A stretch of 64,000 bases of DNA from Thermoanaerobaculia bacterium (GTDB lineage Bacteria > Acidobacteriota > Thermoanaerobaculia > Multivoradales > UBA5704), in NCBI GenBank assembly GCA_044868005.1, contig JBIOVX010000017.1:9377-73376 (forward strand). Direction: 5' to 3'. Below are positions 1-9,496 of the stretch, piece by piece. The position numbers were made by a program, and so were the translations under genes. The notes beneath the pieces were generated by a model. That model did no database searches, was not told where the DNA came from, and was given only the letters and a program-made list of their open reading frames with translations. Within the stretch, counting starts at the first letter, position 1. Each line of letters opens with the position of its first letter.

Positions 1-1178
1 GCTCGCTGGCCGCGCAACTGGGGATCGGGCCCTACGACTCGACCCCCCTCCTCAACTTCACCCAGGGCGCCGACGTCAACCCGCAGGTGCGGGTGATCAT
101 CGAGTCGCCGTCGATCGACGGCCGGCAGTCGAGCGCCGTCTTCACCGTGGCCGGCGTCTTCACCTCCGGGTCCCCTCGCATCCGCGTCTACCGGAGCTTG
201 AATTCCAGCGACAAGAACAGCGGCCAGTTCAAGCTGTTCAAGGATGCGGCCCCTCAGGACGTGGACCTCACCAAAACCTTCCCCACCGGCGACATCCGCG
301 ACGTCTATGCGCGGGTCCTGATCAGCCCGGCGAGCACCAGCACGGTGGAGGAGAACGGCGTCGCCACCGAGGATGAGCACTACTGCGAGCCGGACGCCAA
401 CGGCGGCAACGGCTTCGTCGAGCGGGCCGTCATCGACGACGACAAGCGCTTCGCCCTGCTGGTGCCCCACGGCGGCGACATCGAGGTGAAGACCAGCGAT
501 CAGATCGATCCCATCCTCCTCAAGCTCGACGCCGACTCGGACGTGAAGGCCAACCTCTGGGAGAGCCGCGGCACCTGGGGGCTGGTCCAGACCTACTGGC
601 GCTGGCACGTCACCGGGTCGGCCATCATGCCCGAGACCTTCCCCGCCCTGGAGGAGCTGTTGAGCCGGAACGACTTCGCGCTTGGCGTGCCCTTCCAGTA
701 CGCCGTGGCCCTCCACGGCTACGACTCGAGCCAGAAGGGGATCATCATCGGCGGCCGGGCCGACCGCGAGGAGAAGTGCCTGGTGGTGCGGCGCATCCAG
801 GACGAGCTGCTGGCCTCGCGGGGAACCGAAAACGAGCAGGAGATCGGTTTCTTTATCCACGACATGGAGGGGAACATCGCGATCGCCGACGCGGACAGCC
901 AGACCCCGACCAACAGCCCCTCCTACTCCGCCCAGGACGAGGACGAGCTCGTCAACCGCCTGTCGCCCAACGCCCTGGGCGTGCCGGGCCGGGGCGGCAT
1001 CCAGCTCGAGCAGTCGAGCGCGGTGCGCACCGATGAGACCGACGGCCAGGGCGGCAGCGGTACCGCCGTCATCGACGACTGGCTGCGCTTCGTCGTAGCC
1101 CGCGGCGTGGCCCAGGCCGCGGGCGAGCTGATCGCCGGCACCGCCCCCGCCAACGTCTGCAACCAGTACCTGCCGTAA
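1..1178 (+). CDS. Poly-gamma-glutamate hydrolase-like (DUF867/PghP/YjqB) domain protein, 5'-partial
   Basis: Frame is open from the window start. Motifs VPHGGDIE, WHVT, ALHG and GGIQLEQ match this zinc hydrolase family (PHGGxIE...H(I/V)T...xHG...GxQLE). Confidence 0.75.
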   Translation, partial: SLAAQLGIGPYDSTPLLNFTQGADVNPQVRVIIESPSIDGRQSSAVFTVAGVFTSGSPRIRVYRSLNSSDKNSGQFKLFKDAAPQDVDLTKTFPTGDIRDVYARVLISPASTSTVEENGVATEDEHYCEPDANGGNGFVERAVIDDDKRFALLVPHGGDIEVKTSDQIDPILLKLDADSDVKANLWESRGTWGLVQTYWRWHVTGSAIMPETFPALEELLSRNDFALGVPFQYAVALHGYDSSQKGIIIGGRADREEKCLVVRRIQDELLASRGTENEQEIGFFIHDMEGNIAIADADSQTPTNSPSYSAQDEDELVNRLSPNALGVPGRGGIQLEQSSAVRTDETDGQGGSGTAVIDDWLRFVVARGVAQAAGELIAGTAPANVCNQYLP

Positions 1179-1197
1179 CTGTCGTCTCTCTCTTCAT

Positions 1198-1227
1198 CCC
1201 GCCGCGGGAGGTCCCTCCCGCGGCGGG
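1198..1227. terminator. GC-rich hairpin between convergent genes
   Basis: cccgccgcgggag-gtcc-ctcccgcggcggg, a perfect 13-bp stem. Confidence 0.6.
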
Positions 1228-1232
1228 CTCGC

Positions 1233-1706
1233 TCAGAGCCCGATCTCATCAACCAACTCGGAGCTGACCAGCACACGGATGCCATGGCGAAGCAGAGGGG
1301 TGAAATGGCGGCGGTTTTCGGTGGCAATGAGACGCGCGCCCGCCTGTCTTGCGATCTCGGCGATGTGTGCATCGTAGATCCTGCCGCCTGTCGTTCCATC
1401 TCCTGCGGCAGAAACCAGGAACTCCTCGCGGAGCGCTGCTTGGAGGTCGTGGACCGAGAAGCGCGGAAAGATCTCTTCCCGGAGAAGCCGCAAGGCAGTC
1501 TCCGGTTCGAGGCGGTATTCCTCCGGCAGACGCGTTGTCACCGAGTAGAACTCGAGGCAGCAGTGCCAAGCCGTCAGCGGGCGCTCGATTCGGCCATCCG
1601 CCACCGCATCCATCAGCAGCAAGGCGTGGTGCGAGCTGCGGCCAAAATCAATCGTTCCGGCAATGAGCACACTGGTGTCGAAGAAGGTGCCCGTCAGGCC
1701 GGCCAC
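1233..1706 (-). CDS. vapC: PIN-domain toxin (VapC family)
   Basis: FFDTSVL, E(FYSV), YDAHIA and TEN..HF PIN motifs; overlaps the upstream antitoxin. Confidence 0.85.
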   Translation of the reverse strand: MAGLTGTFFDTSVLIAGTIDFGRSSHHALLLMDAVADGRIERPLTAWHCCLEFYSVTTRLPEEYRLEPETALRLLREEIFPRFSVHDLQAALREEFLVSAAGDGTTGGRIYDAHIAEIARQAGARLIATENRRHFTPLLRHGIRVLVSSELVDEIGL

Positions 1707-1951
1707 CGGTCCCTCTCCTCTTCGATCAACTGTGCCACATCGATCTCGGTGCGCTGTCCCTCTGCGGCCCGGGGGCGGACAATCAGACGCTCGCCACGCC
1801 GGACAAGCTGAGGACCGGCCACCGCCCGAACGAGGCGGAGGGAGAAGCCATCGATCACCATCTCTAGCTCTGTTCCAGCAGTAAGACCGAGCCGCTTTCG
1901 CACCTCGGCAGGGATAACCACGCGCCCTGCCTTATCAATGGTAGCCGTCAT
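1694..1951 (-). CDS. vapB: AbrB/MazE/SpoVT-family antitoxin
   Basis: MTATIDKAGRVVIPAEVRKRLGL AbrB signature; TATGCT 6 nt before the ATG suggests a leaderless start. Confidence 0.85.
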   Translation of the reverse strand: MTATIDKAGRVVIPAEVRKRLGLTAGTELEMVIDGFSLRLVRAVAGPQLVRRGERLIVRPRAAEGQRTEIDVAQLIEEERDRWPA

Positions 1952-2127
1952 GGACACAGCATACCATGCCGTTCCCATTCCCCTCTCCATCTTGACGGCA
2001 GGTCAAGGAGCGGATTCACCCGCTCTCCAACCGCCAAGCTCCAGGCTTGGACCTCCCACAGCCGGAGCCACTCCGCAATCTCAGAGTCCCGAGGGGGCGA
2101 CGGGCAATTTCTCCGCCACGCTGAGCT

Positions 2128-2168
2128 GCAACGTGGGGTCGTAGGTTCGAATCTCTTCTGCTCCACCA
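2128..2168 (+). pseudogene. Degenerate 3' fragment of tRNA-Ala (att-like remnant)
   Basis: gcaacgtggggtcgtaggttcgaatctcttctgctccacca has a T-loop GTTCGAAT and an Ala-type CTCCACCA end; no 5' half; near-direct repeat of 4155-4196. Confidence 0.7.
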
Positions 2169-2193
2169 GGAGCTCAAACAACAAAACCTCAGC

Positions 2194-2222
2194 TTGACGT
2201 TCAGCGTTCGATATGCTAACCT
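2194..2222 (+). promoter_or_regulatory. Putative sigma70 promoter of the XRE-IrrE/PIN operon
   Basis: TTGACG-N17-TAACCT with an extended TG. Confidence 0.5.
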
Positions 2223-2291
2223 ACAATCGTCGAGGAAGTAGCCCGACCGGACCTTGAAGAGTCTCAGTTCGACCCAACGAGGAGGCGGCGG

Positions 2292-3548
2292 ATGGCCATC
2301 ACTCAAGAAGAGCTCGGCCGTCGGATTCGCAGTGCACGAGAGGCCTGCCGACTGACCCAGGAGCAGGTTGCGGAGCACCTTGGCGCATCCCGCCCAACCA
2401 TCGCTCAGATCGAAGCCGGCAACCGTGCAGTATCGAGCCTCGAGTTGGACAGGCTCGCTCATCTCTTGGGCAAGGACATCCGCGAGTTCGTAGCCGAGGC
2501 TTTCGACGAGGCCGACTCGCTGGCGGCCCTGTTTCGTGCGCAGCCAGAGGTATTGTCCGATCCCGCAGTGGCGGGCGCCCTCCGGGATTGCGTTGCGCTG
2601 GGTCGCGAGATCACCAGTCTCGAACGCCTGATCGGCGTCGAGGGCGGAACGGCTGCGCCGGCTGCCTATCCTTTACCGATACCCGGCAATCGTTGGGAGG
2701 CGATACAGCAAGGAGAGCGCCTCGCCAGCGAGGAACGACGGCGCCTTGGGCTTGGCGATACTGCGCTCTCCGATCTTACCGAGTTGCTCGAAGCGCAGGG
2801 TATTCGGACGGGCGTCGTCAGCCTGCCCATGGATGTATCGGGCCTGACTCTGAACGATCGCAGGGTGGGACTCTTCGTGGTCGCCAACCGCGACCATCAC
2901 GTACTTCGCCGTCGCTTCTCGTTCGCTCATGAATATGCGCACGTGCTCGCTGATCGAGACCGCTTCGGGCTGGTGAGCCGCTCCTCGGAACGAGACAACC
3001 TCACCGAGGTGAGGGCCAATGCGTTCGCGGCGGCCTTTCTAATGCCCGACGACGGAGTCCGACGATTCGTTGCTGGTCTGGGCAAGGGAAAACCGAGCCG
3101 TGTCTACACGGATGTCTTCGACGAAGTCGAGAGCCTCGATGTCGAAGGTCGCACGATGCCTGGGAGCCAAACCGTGCAGCTCTACGACGTCGTACAGCTA
3201 GCGCACCACTTTGAAGTCAGCCGTATCGCCGCGCTATACCGCATGCGTAACCTACGGCTGATCTCCAAAGGCGACTTTGACCGCTTGAAGGAGCTCGACG
3301 ACGCAGGCCGCGGCAGGCAGATCGGGGAACACCTGGGCTTGCCGGAGCCTGATCATACGGAGGTCCGCGACAGGTTCCAGCATCGAGTCCTTGGGTTGGC
3401 TCTCGAGGCCTATCGCCGAGAGGAGATCTCACGCGGCAAGCTCGATGAGCTCGCGTCCATGCTAGGCCTTGATCGCCATCGCGTCGGCAAGCTCCTCGAG
3501 GACTCTGGCCTCGAAGACGAGTCAGTTGCCGCGGAACTTGAACGGTGA
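2292..3548 (+). CDS. XRE HTH + ImmA/IrrE (peptidase M78) metallopeptidase
   Basis: N-terminal HTH (LTQEQVAEHLGASRPTIAQIEAG); RRRFSFAHEYAH and E..ANAFAAAFLMP; GGAGG RBS. Confidence 0.9.
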   Translation: MAITQEELGRRIRSAREACRLTQEQVAEHLGASRPTIAQIEAGNRAVSSLELDRLAHLLGKDIREFVAEAFDEADSLAALFRAQPEVLSDPAVAGALRDCVALGREITSLERLIGVEGGTAAPAAYPLPIPGNRWEAIQQGERLASEERRRLGLGDTALSDLTELLEAQGIRTGVVSLPMDVSGLTLNDRRVGLFVVANRDHHVLRRRFSFAHEYAHVLADRDRFGLVSRSSERDNLTEVRANAFAAAFLMPDDGVRRFVAGLGKGKPSRVYTDVFDEVESLDVEGRTMPGSQTVQLYDVVQLAHHFEVSRIAALYRMRNLRLISKGDFDRLKELDDAGRGRQIGEHLGLPEPDHTEVRDRFQHRVLGLALEAYRREEISRGKLDELASMLGLDRHRVGKLLEDSGLEDESVAAELER

Positions 3549-4069
3549 CAGACCCGCTACTCACGATCGTCGTCTCTGACGCCAACGTCTTGATCAATCT
3601 GATGCACGTGGCTCGCTTGGATCTTTGCACTCGCCTGCCGGGTCTCGAGTTCGTCGTTCCCGATCACGTCCGAGACGAGATCACAGGAGCGAACCAACGA
3701 TCGATGCTCGATAGGGCAGTAGCCGAGGGACATCTGAGCATCGCGACCATTACCGATCCGGATGGCATTACCTTGTTCGCGGAGCTCATACGCCGTCTCG
3801 GCCGGGGCGAAGCGGCTTGCCTGGTGCTCGCTGTAAAGAACGGCTGGACCGTGGCATCCGATGAGAAGAGACGATTCCAGCGCGAAGCGGCCGCCCGAAT
3901 TGGGAAGGACCGGATTATTGGCACAGCGGACATCTTCATGGTCGCGATCCGTGCCGGCCTACTCACCCTCGACGAGGCGGACGCGGACAAGGAAAAGCTC
4001 GAGAAGCAACGGTTCAAGATGCCCTTCGGCTCATTCCGCGAGGTAATAGGAGGCGCGTCCAGAAGATGA
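3545..4069 (+). CDS. PIN-domain protein (DUF3368-like), partner of the IrrE gene
   Basis: VVSDANVLI, LGRGEAACL and ASDE PIN motifs; GTGA overlap with the upstream gene. Confidence 0.8.
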   Translation: MTDPLLTIVVSDANVLINLMHVARLDLCTRLPGLEFVVPDHVRDEITGANQRSMLDRAVAEGHLSIATITDPDGITLFAELIRRLGRGEAACLVLAVKNGWTVASDEKRRFQREAAARIGKDRIIGTADIFMVAIRAGLLTLDEADADKEKLEKQRFKMPFGSFREVIGGASRR

Positions 4070-4141
4070 ACCAACGGGCGCTCTTCCTTCCATTGCCATA
4101 CCGTCGTCAAGCAGCAGTCGGCAATGCTCAAGCGGTTGAAC

Positions 4142-4196
4142 GAGCACCACGTTCGCAACGTGGGGACCGAGGGTTCGAATCCCTTCTGCTCCACCA
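4142..4196 (+). pseudogene. Degenerate 3' part of tRNA-Ala(CGC) (att-like remnant)
   Basis: Anticodon arm CCACG-TT-CGC-AA-CGTGG, T arm gagggTTCGAATccctt, CTCCACCA end; the 5' acceptor strand is missing. Confidence 0.75.
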
Positions 4197-4225
4197 ATCT
4201 CCTCCTCTCAAAAGGCGAAGTAACC

Positions 4226-7200
4226 GTGCCTAATGAACATCGAACCGGGGGCCCTGCCAACCTAAGCGGCATCCATTATCAGCTTCTTCATTCGCTCTTC
4301 CATGCGGGTCGTATTCTTGACTTGAGCTTTGACGATTCTGACGAACCGAAATGGTACAAGCTGGTGCTCGAACCTCCAGACGGAGGAGACCTCCAACTTG
4401 AGGCTCCCGACGTAATCCATGTAGAACAGATGAAGGTCCGTTCACACGGCGCATGGCCTCTCTACGAAGTCATCCACGAGGTTCTACCTAACCTTTACAG
4501 GGCCTTTGCCGATCGGGACCCACACCGCCCCGTCCGCGAGGCTCGTTTTGGGACTAATGCAAGGCGCGGCAATTGGTGGGCGATCGAGGAATTCTTCCGA
4601 ACACTGGGACCCTGCGGATCTGACCCTGAGCCGCCTTCCGTACACCTGGACGACTCAGATCAGCTCCGGATCAACACCTCTGGACTCAAGGCGAAGATGG
4701 CGGAGGCCGGACTACACTTCACAAAGCGAGGACTATTCCGCTACATAGCTCAGATCCTCACTAAGTCCCCAAACCCCAGCCCCGAGGAGGAACGTCGGGT
4801 CTGGGAGCTGTTGAGGGCCTTTCGGTTCGAGCGGATGGCTGGCGATAGTGTTAGGGCAGCCGTTCTCGCCCACGTTCGGGGTCGAGTTCTTACAGCAGAA
4901 AACACCGAGCTTGTTCTCCTGCAGCTACTTGGAGACTTCCTCGAAAAGGGGAAGGACAGCTCAGGAATCAACCCCCGAGACCTGCTTACGCGCCATGGCT
5001 TGGCCGACATCGCCCTCAAGGATCGCGAGATGCTGCTGGAGCGTGGGCGAAGCCTACTCGAACGGAGGCTTGACCAGCGTCGCTACGCTGCCGACCAGGA
5101 CGTACGTGCTTCGCGCTGGGCTGCAGTACTAGAGCCGCCCGCCGCAGAGGTAAAACCTCTGGTCTTTTTTGGTGAGAGCGGAAAAGGAAAGTCATGGGCT
5201 CTCTATGCACGTGCCCTCAGCCTGGCAGAACAAGGCCGACTGGTACTTCTCGTAGATGCAGCCGCAGATCGCAGCACAACCTGCGAGCGAGCGGCGGCAG
5301 TCTTCTGTCACGAAGTCTGGGGGCACGACGGACACATCCCCCTCGAACGCTTGCACGAGAGGCTCAAGACCGCCGATCCAGGACATGCTGCAGACTGGCT
5401 CGAACTCTTAGTTGATGGAGTCCAGAGCCTCGACTTGGCCGAGCAGCTAGCTTCGTACGATTGGAGCAGTTATGGGATCCGACTCAGCTTCTCGCTTACA
5501 ACCGGCGGCACCGACTTGCCGGACTCGCTTCATCGAATCTGCCAAGAAAAGAACGTCGCCGACTTTTCCACGCGCGAGCTGCACGACTATCTCCGCCGGC
5601 GACTCGACAATCGAGCTTTGCAGGTGCCTTACTCCGAAGGCTCGATCCTGCACCAACCGCTGATGGCCAGTATCTTCTGCGATCTGGTTGGCGACGAAAC
5701 GGCACCCGTCCTACCGACAAGCGAGTTTCCCCTTCTGGCGAGCTACTGGTACAGATTCGCACGAATTCGACCACTGGCCGTTACAGCCATCGCCGAGTTA
5801 GCGGCCCAGCCGCCGGCCGGGCGGGCGTATCCGTGGACAATGCGAACTTTAAGGGAATCGGGAATCGAGGAGGTAGCGGTCCTTTTCCTGATCGAGAAGG
5901 GTCTGCTACGACATAGCGCAGATGGTCGGGCAGTAGGGCTTTGGCATGATCGACTCCTGAGCTGGGCGGCCGCCGAGGGTTTGGTCGCCTTGATTCGCGA
6001 CGGGCAGATGACGTCAGAAGGGATTGTCGAATACTTGAGAGGGCTCCGCAATCCAAGCATTCCCGAAGCACGTTGGGGGCGGCGATGGATGGGCGATGCA
6101 GTTCTTGATGTTCTTTGGCTCTTACTCGAGCCCGGAACGGGGTTCAGCCAACTCGTAGAACAAATCCTACCAGAACTTGAGGATGAGCTGAGACCCGAGG
6201 CGCTCACTCTCCTCGGCGATCGGGTCGTATCGGTCCTGATTCGGCGTATCCGGAAGGAGCCGAATGACGGCTATTACGAGATTCAGGCTCTCAAAGCGAT
6301 TCCGTCTTCGGAGATCTCCGCGCAGTCCGTTGATTTGCTCGGGGCCGCCGACATGGATACCCGCCTCGCCGCGGCCCAGATCTTGATAGGCCAGCCAACG
6401 CCGGATGCACTCGATGCCCTCTGGTCCCTGCGCTGCGAGTTGGAACGACAGGAACCCCAAGATCTCAACGCTATTCACGTTATTGCCGACAAAGCCCTAT
6501 CCTCGTGCGCGAGGCGGGCGGACGATTGGGTACGGCACGCGATCCGACATGCCGATCCAGCCTCAGAGCCAGTCCATGCTTTGGTGTACTTGCTTCCACA
6601 AATGGAAAATGGCCGACATCTGTGGTTCGAACTCAAGGAGATTATCTTCGTCAAGGTCTCTAAAAAGCAGGAGCGGTGCATAGTAGTCTGCCTTGAGGAG
6701 TTTCACGACGCTGGCCACTTGGACTGGCTGAAGGCCCACGCCCGAAGAAACGACCTTATTGGAGCAGCAGCCCGACGTGCTCTCTTCATACTTGAGCCTG
6801 GACGGCAGCCCGATCCAATAGAAGGCGAAGCGAGGTTGTTGGGTGTCGGCCGGGGGTGGTGGCTATTACCACACGTCAACGCGGACCCCGCCCTCGCGGA
6901 ATCGTTTATCGCCAGAACAGTACAAAGCTCCGAGGATCCATGGAACGTAGCTTGGTCCCTTTTGTCTGGCTTTGAGAGTCGAATTGCACCGGAAACTTTG
7001 GACCGTTTACTCGATACCACGGCCGAGCTTCTGGCCAATGAGATTTCTGCACCGTCCCCCGATAACAGAGATCCACTTTGGGCGCCGTTTCTTTTCCTGG
7101 GTAATGTCAGAAGTTTGCGACTGATCGAGCGATTTGAGGCTCGGCGAGGCAGCGACTTCGAGCTTAAGCTGGGCCAATGGCTATGCCCACTTAATCCTAA

Positions 7201-8767
7201 CAGCGAGCATTACAACCAATACCGCGAAGAAAGAGCCGTACGCACACTCGAACGGACCGGCGGCGAGACACTGACCCAGGTGGCATACTGTTGGCTGCGT
7301 GACAGCCGCACATTCTGGGCTCTTGAGAAGGCGATTGAACTCGCCCTTCTGCGGCCTGACGAGCGCACGGCTGAGTTGTTATTCGAGATCGCGATACGCG
7401 AAGAAGTGGAAGGGGCCGACTACTACCCTTTCGCCCAGAGGACAGCAATAGGCGCACTTCTGGCTATCGGACGCACTGATCTGGCTGTGCGTGGGGCGAT
7501 GAAGTGGGCTCTCAAGTTTTCCTGGGAAGTAATCGACCTGTTCAAGGAGTATCGGCCAACCGAAGCTGACCTTCAGCCAGCCCGACAAGTCCTCATGGAG
7601 AACGATGAACCGATTCCCAATGTCGTCCTGACGATCGGATTAGGTCGTAGAGTGGAAGATATACCCATCATTTGCCAACTCCTTGAGAGGGCACCGCAAG
7701 GATCGGATCTAGCCTTTGCCTGCCTACTCGCCCTCTATGCTATCGGAGATCACTCGGACGATACTGTGCGCGCATTCCTGACCCATTTGAACTCGCCTAA
7801 GACGGAGCACATCTGCACCCTCGGCCTTCTAAAGATCCGCACTCCGCACGCACTCGCCAAGCTAAAAGCTCGGCTTGCCGGCCTTAAAAAGGAGCCACTG
7901 AGCTCTTCAGACAACGCGGTGTTTATCGCAGTGAATCTTTTGCGAATCAAGGAAGCCCGGCGGGAAGTAGCAGCAATCCTATGGGAGGAGCTTGATCGTC
8001 ATCGCATCCTATTCGTCGTGCAGGGCAATCTATCGGCCTTCGCTGAACTCGAACGCTCTGATGTGGATGACTGGCTTTATGGGTTAGCCTTTGACGACGA
8101 GGATTATCTCGACTTCGGCACTAAAGCTGGTGCCATTCGTGCATTGGCCCACCGAGATACAGTTCGCCCTTTCGACGCCGCGCTCCGACTCATGGAACTA
8201 GATGGCGCCAATCGGGAGGAAGCGCCCAGGCTGCTCCTCGACATCGATCCCACCCGTGCGCTCCCGTTACTTCGCGAGCGGCTAGAACTGGAGGATGAAG
8301 TCTTAGTGATGGCGGCAATCGGCGAGAATCTCTACGCAATAGGTCAGAGCGCAATTCTTTTGGGTTGGCTTAGAGACCCGTCGTCGAAAGTTCGTGAAGG
8401 AGCCTGTATAGCCGCAGAAGTTCTTCCATGGGCTGATGATCTTGCGTGTACCTTGCGGGATCTCCTCTACGATGTGGATTGGTATGTTCGCAATGCTGCA
8501 AACCAGGCTCTCGACCGCCTCTGGCACGCCCGTGAGATCGACCGTTTGGTCGACGCGTTTCTAGCAGAAGCCGACGCGACACGTCGTTTGTGCCTACTGG
8601 ATATCGTACTCGAAGGAGGGCACCCAGGCCTGTGGCAACGGCAGCCCTGGGTTGCTAAGCTATGGGAACATTTTCCCCTAGCCATTCTCCAACGTGCAGC
8701 TAAGCGACTGGTTAAAAGGCGCAAGGAAGTCCGAGACGAGCTAAAGAAGCGTAAGCGTCGAGACTAG
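4226..8767 (+). CDS. Large PD-(D/E)xK-like nuclease + STAND NTPase + HEAT/ARM-like repeat protein (Avs-like defence candidate)
   Basis: N-terminal GGPANLSGIHYQ...GGDL...VEQMK; Walker A GESGKGKS; Walker B LLVDG; WHDRLLSWAAA; long Leu-rich helical C-terminus. GTG start chosen just after the tRNA remnant. GC is visibly lower than the flanking core genes. Confidence 0.7.
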   Translation: MPNEHRTGGPANLSGIHYQLLHSLFHAGRILDLSFDDSDEPKWYKLVLEPPDGGDLQLEAPDVIHVEQMKVRSHGAWPLYEVIHEVLPNLYRAFADRDPHRPVREARFGTNARRGNWWAIEEFFRTLGPCGSDPEPPSVHLDDSDQLRINTSGLKAKMAEAGLHFTKRGLFRYIAQILTKSPNPSPEEERRVWELLRAFRFERMAGDSVRAAVLAHVRGRVLTAENTELVLLQLLGDFLEKGKDSSGINPRDLLTRHGLADIALKDREMLLERGRSLLERRLDQRRYAADQDVRASRWAAVLEPPAAEVKPLVFFGESGKGKSWALYARALSLAEQGRLVLLVDAAADRSTTCERAAAVFCHEVWGHDGHIPLERLHERLKTADPGHAADWLELLVDGVQSLDLAEQLASYDWSSYGIRLSFSLTTGGTDLPDSLHRICQEKNVADFSTRELHDYLRRRLDNRALQVPYSEGSILHQPLMASIFCDLVGDETAPVLPTSEFPLLASYWYRFARIRPLAVTAIAELAAQPPAGRAYPWTMRTLRESGIEEVAVLFLIEKGLLRHSADGRAVGLWHDRLLSWAAAEGLVALIRDGQMTSEGIVEYLRGLRNPSIPEARWGRRWMGDAVLDVLWLLLEPGTGFSQLVEQILPELEDELRPEALTLLGDRVVSVLIRRIRKEPNDGYYEIQALKAIPSSEISAQSVDLLGAADMDTRLAAAQILIGQPTPDALDALWSLRCELERQEPQDLNAIHVIADKALSSCARRADDWVRHAIRHADPASEPVHALVYLLPQMENGRHLWFELKEIIFVKVSKKQERCIVVCLEEFHDAGHLDWLKAHARRNDLIGAAARRALFILEPGRQPDPIEGEARLLGVGRGWWLLPHVNADPALAESFIARTVQSSEDPWNVAWSLLSGFESRIAPETLDRLLDTTAELLANEISAPSPDNRDPLWAPFLFLGNVRSLRLIERFEARRGSDFELKLGQWLCPLNPNSEHYNQYREERAVRTLERTGGETLTQVAYCWLRDSRTFWALEKAIELALLRPDERTAELLFEIAIREEVEGADYYPFAQRTAIGALLAIGRTDLAVRGAMKWALKFSWEVIDLFKEYRPTEADLQPARQVLMENDEPIPNVVLTIGLGRRVEDIPIICQLLERAPQGSDLAFACLLALYAIGDHSDDTVRAFLTHLNSPKTEHICTLGLLKIRTPHALAKLKARLAGLKKEPLSSSDNAVFIAVNLLRIKEARREVAAILWEELDRHRILFVVQGNLSAFAELERSDVDDWLYGLAFDDEDYLDFGTKAGAIRALAHRDTVRPFDAALRLMELDGANREEAPRLLLDIDPTRALPLLRERLELEDEVLVMAAIGENLYAIGQSAILLGWLRDPSSKVREGACIAAEVLPWADDLACTLRDLLYDVDWYVRNAANQALDRLWHAREIDRLVDAFLAEADATRRLCLLDIVLEGGHPGLWQRQPWVAKLWEHFPLAILQRAAKRLVKRRKEVRDELKKRKRRD

Positions 8768-8819
8768 GCGGCAACGACTCCCTGAATCGTTCCATCGTAA
8801 GCGCCTGCGATGTGCACCG

Positions 8820-9146
8820 TCAAGCAACCGACACTGAGACAACACCCGACGAGTGCCCCTTGGCCTTCGGCCGGATGACGATCTCGACGTCACGATCGAG
8901 GAGAGTCACGAAGCGCAGCAGCCGTTCGGAGGAGAAGCGGCTCAGCTTGTAGTTCTTGAGCTCGGAAACGTGTGGCTGTGGAATGCCGAACAACTGAGCC
9001 GCACGCGCCTGGCTCAGACGGCGGGCGGCGATCAGCTCGTTCAGCCGCATTGGGAGCTGTACACGCAGCTTCCGCTCACCGGCATCTGCGAAGCCAAGAT
9101 CGACAAGAACGTCGCCGGTCCCGGCATCGACGAGTCGCTTGGCCAT
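8820..9146 (-). CDS. XRE/HigA-like HTH antitoxin (orphan, probably chimeric 5' end)
   Basis: GDVLVDLGFADA...LSQARAAQLFGIPQPHVSEL...FSSERL..F..LD.DVEI family pattern. Confidence 0.75.
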   Translation of the reverse strand: MAKRLVDAGTGDVLVDLGFADAGERKLRVQLPMRLNELIAARRLSQARAAQLFGIPQPHVSELKNYKLSRFSSERLLRFVTLLDRDVEIVIRPKAKGHSSGVVSVSVA

Positions 9147-9196
9147 AGGGTTAGTATATCCATATCGGCAACCGCGCCGACGCGAAAGAGAAACAG

Positions 9197-9415
9197 ATGA
9201 CGATGCAGGTCTGGGATCAATTTTCCTATCGGGTCTTCTGGTCGCCTGAGGACCATGAGTACGTTGGGGCCTGCGTCGAGATGCCAGGATTGAGCTGGCT
9301 GGCGAAAACCCCCGAGGCAGCGTTGCTGGGCATCCGACGCGTGACCCGCGAGGGAATCCGGATTCTGGAACAGGACGGCGATCCGGTGCCGAAGCCGATC
9401 GCGGCCCATAGCTGA
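9197..9415 (+). CDS. HicB-like antitoxin (short, orphan)
   Basis: YRVFWSPEDHEYVGACVEMPGLSWLAKTPEAAL...DPVPKP, a HicB RNase H-like fold pattern. Confidence 0.75.
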   Translation: MTMQVWDQFSYRVFWSPEDHEYVGACVEMPGLSWLAKTPEAALLGIRRVTREGIRILEQDGDPVPKPIAAHS

Positions 9416-9493
9416 ACGGCCTGTGCCAGCACGATCAGCCGCTCCCCCACGAGATCCTGGCGGGCGCGAGCACCGACCGACGAGGTAGCGCAT
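9410..9493 (-). pseudogene. Truncated, frameshifted vapC remnant
   Basis: 3 nt after the vapB-like stop: MRYLV, then in shifted frames SVLA and VGERLIVLAQAVQL, resembling a PIN N-terminus (MRYLVDxSVLAR). Confidence 0.5.
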
Positions 9494-9496
9494 GGC

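Noticed and set aside
4124-4225. N-terminal extension of the STAND ORF, or an intact tRNA
   Set aside because: The extension reads through the tRNA remnant; the tRNA lacks a 5' acceptor strand and a proper D arm.
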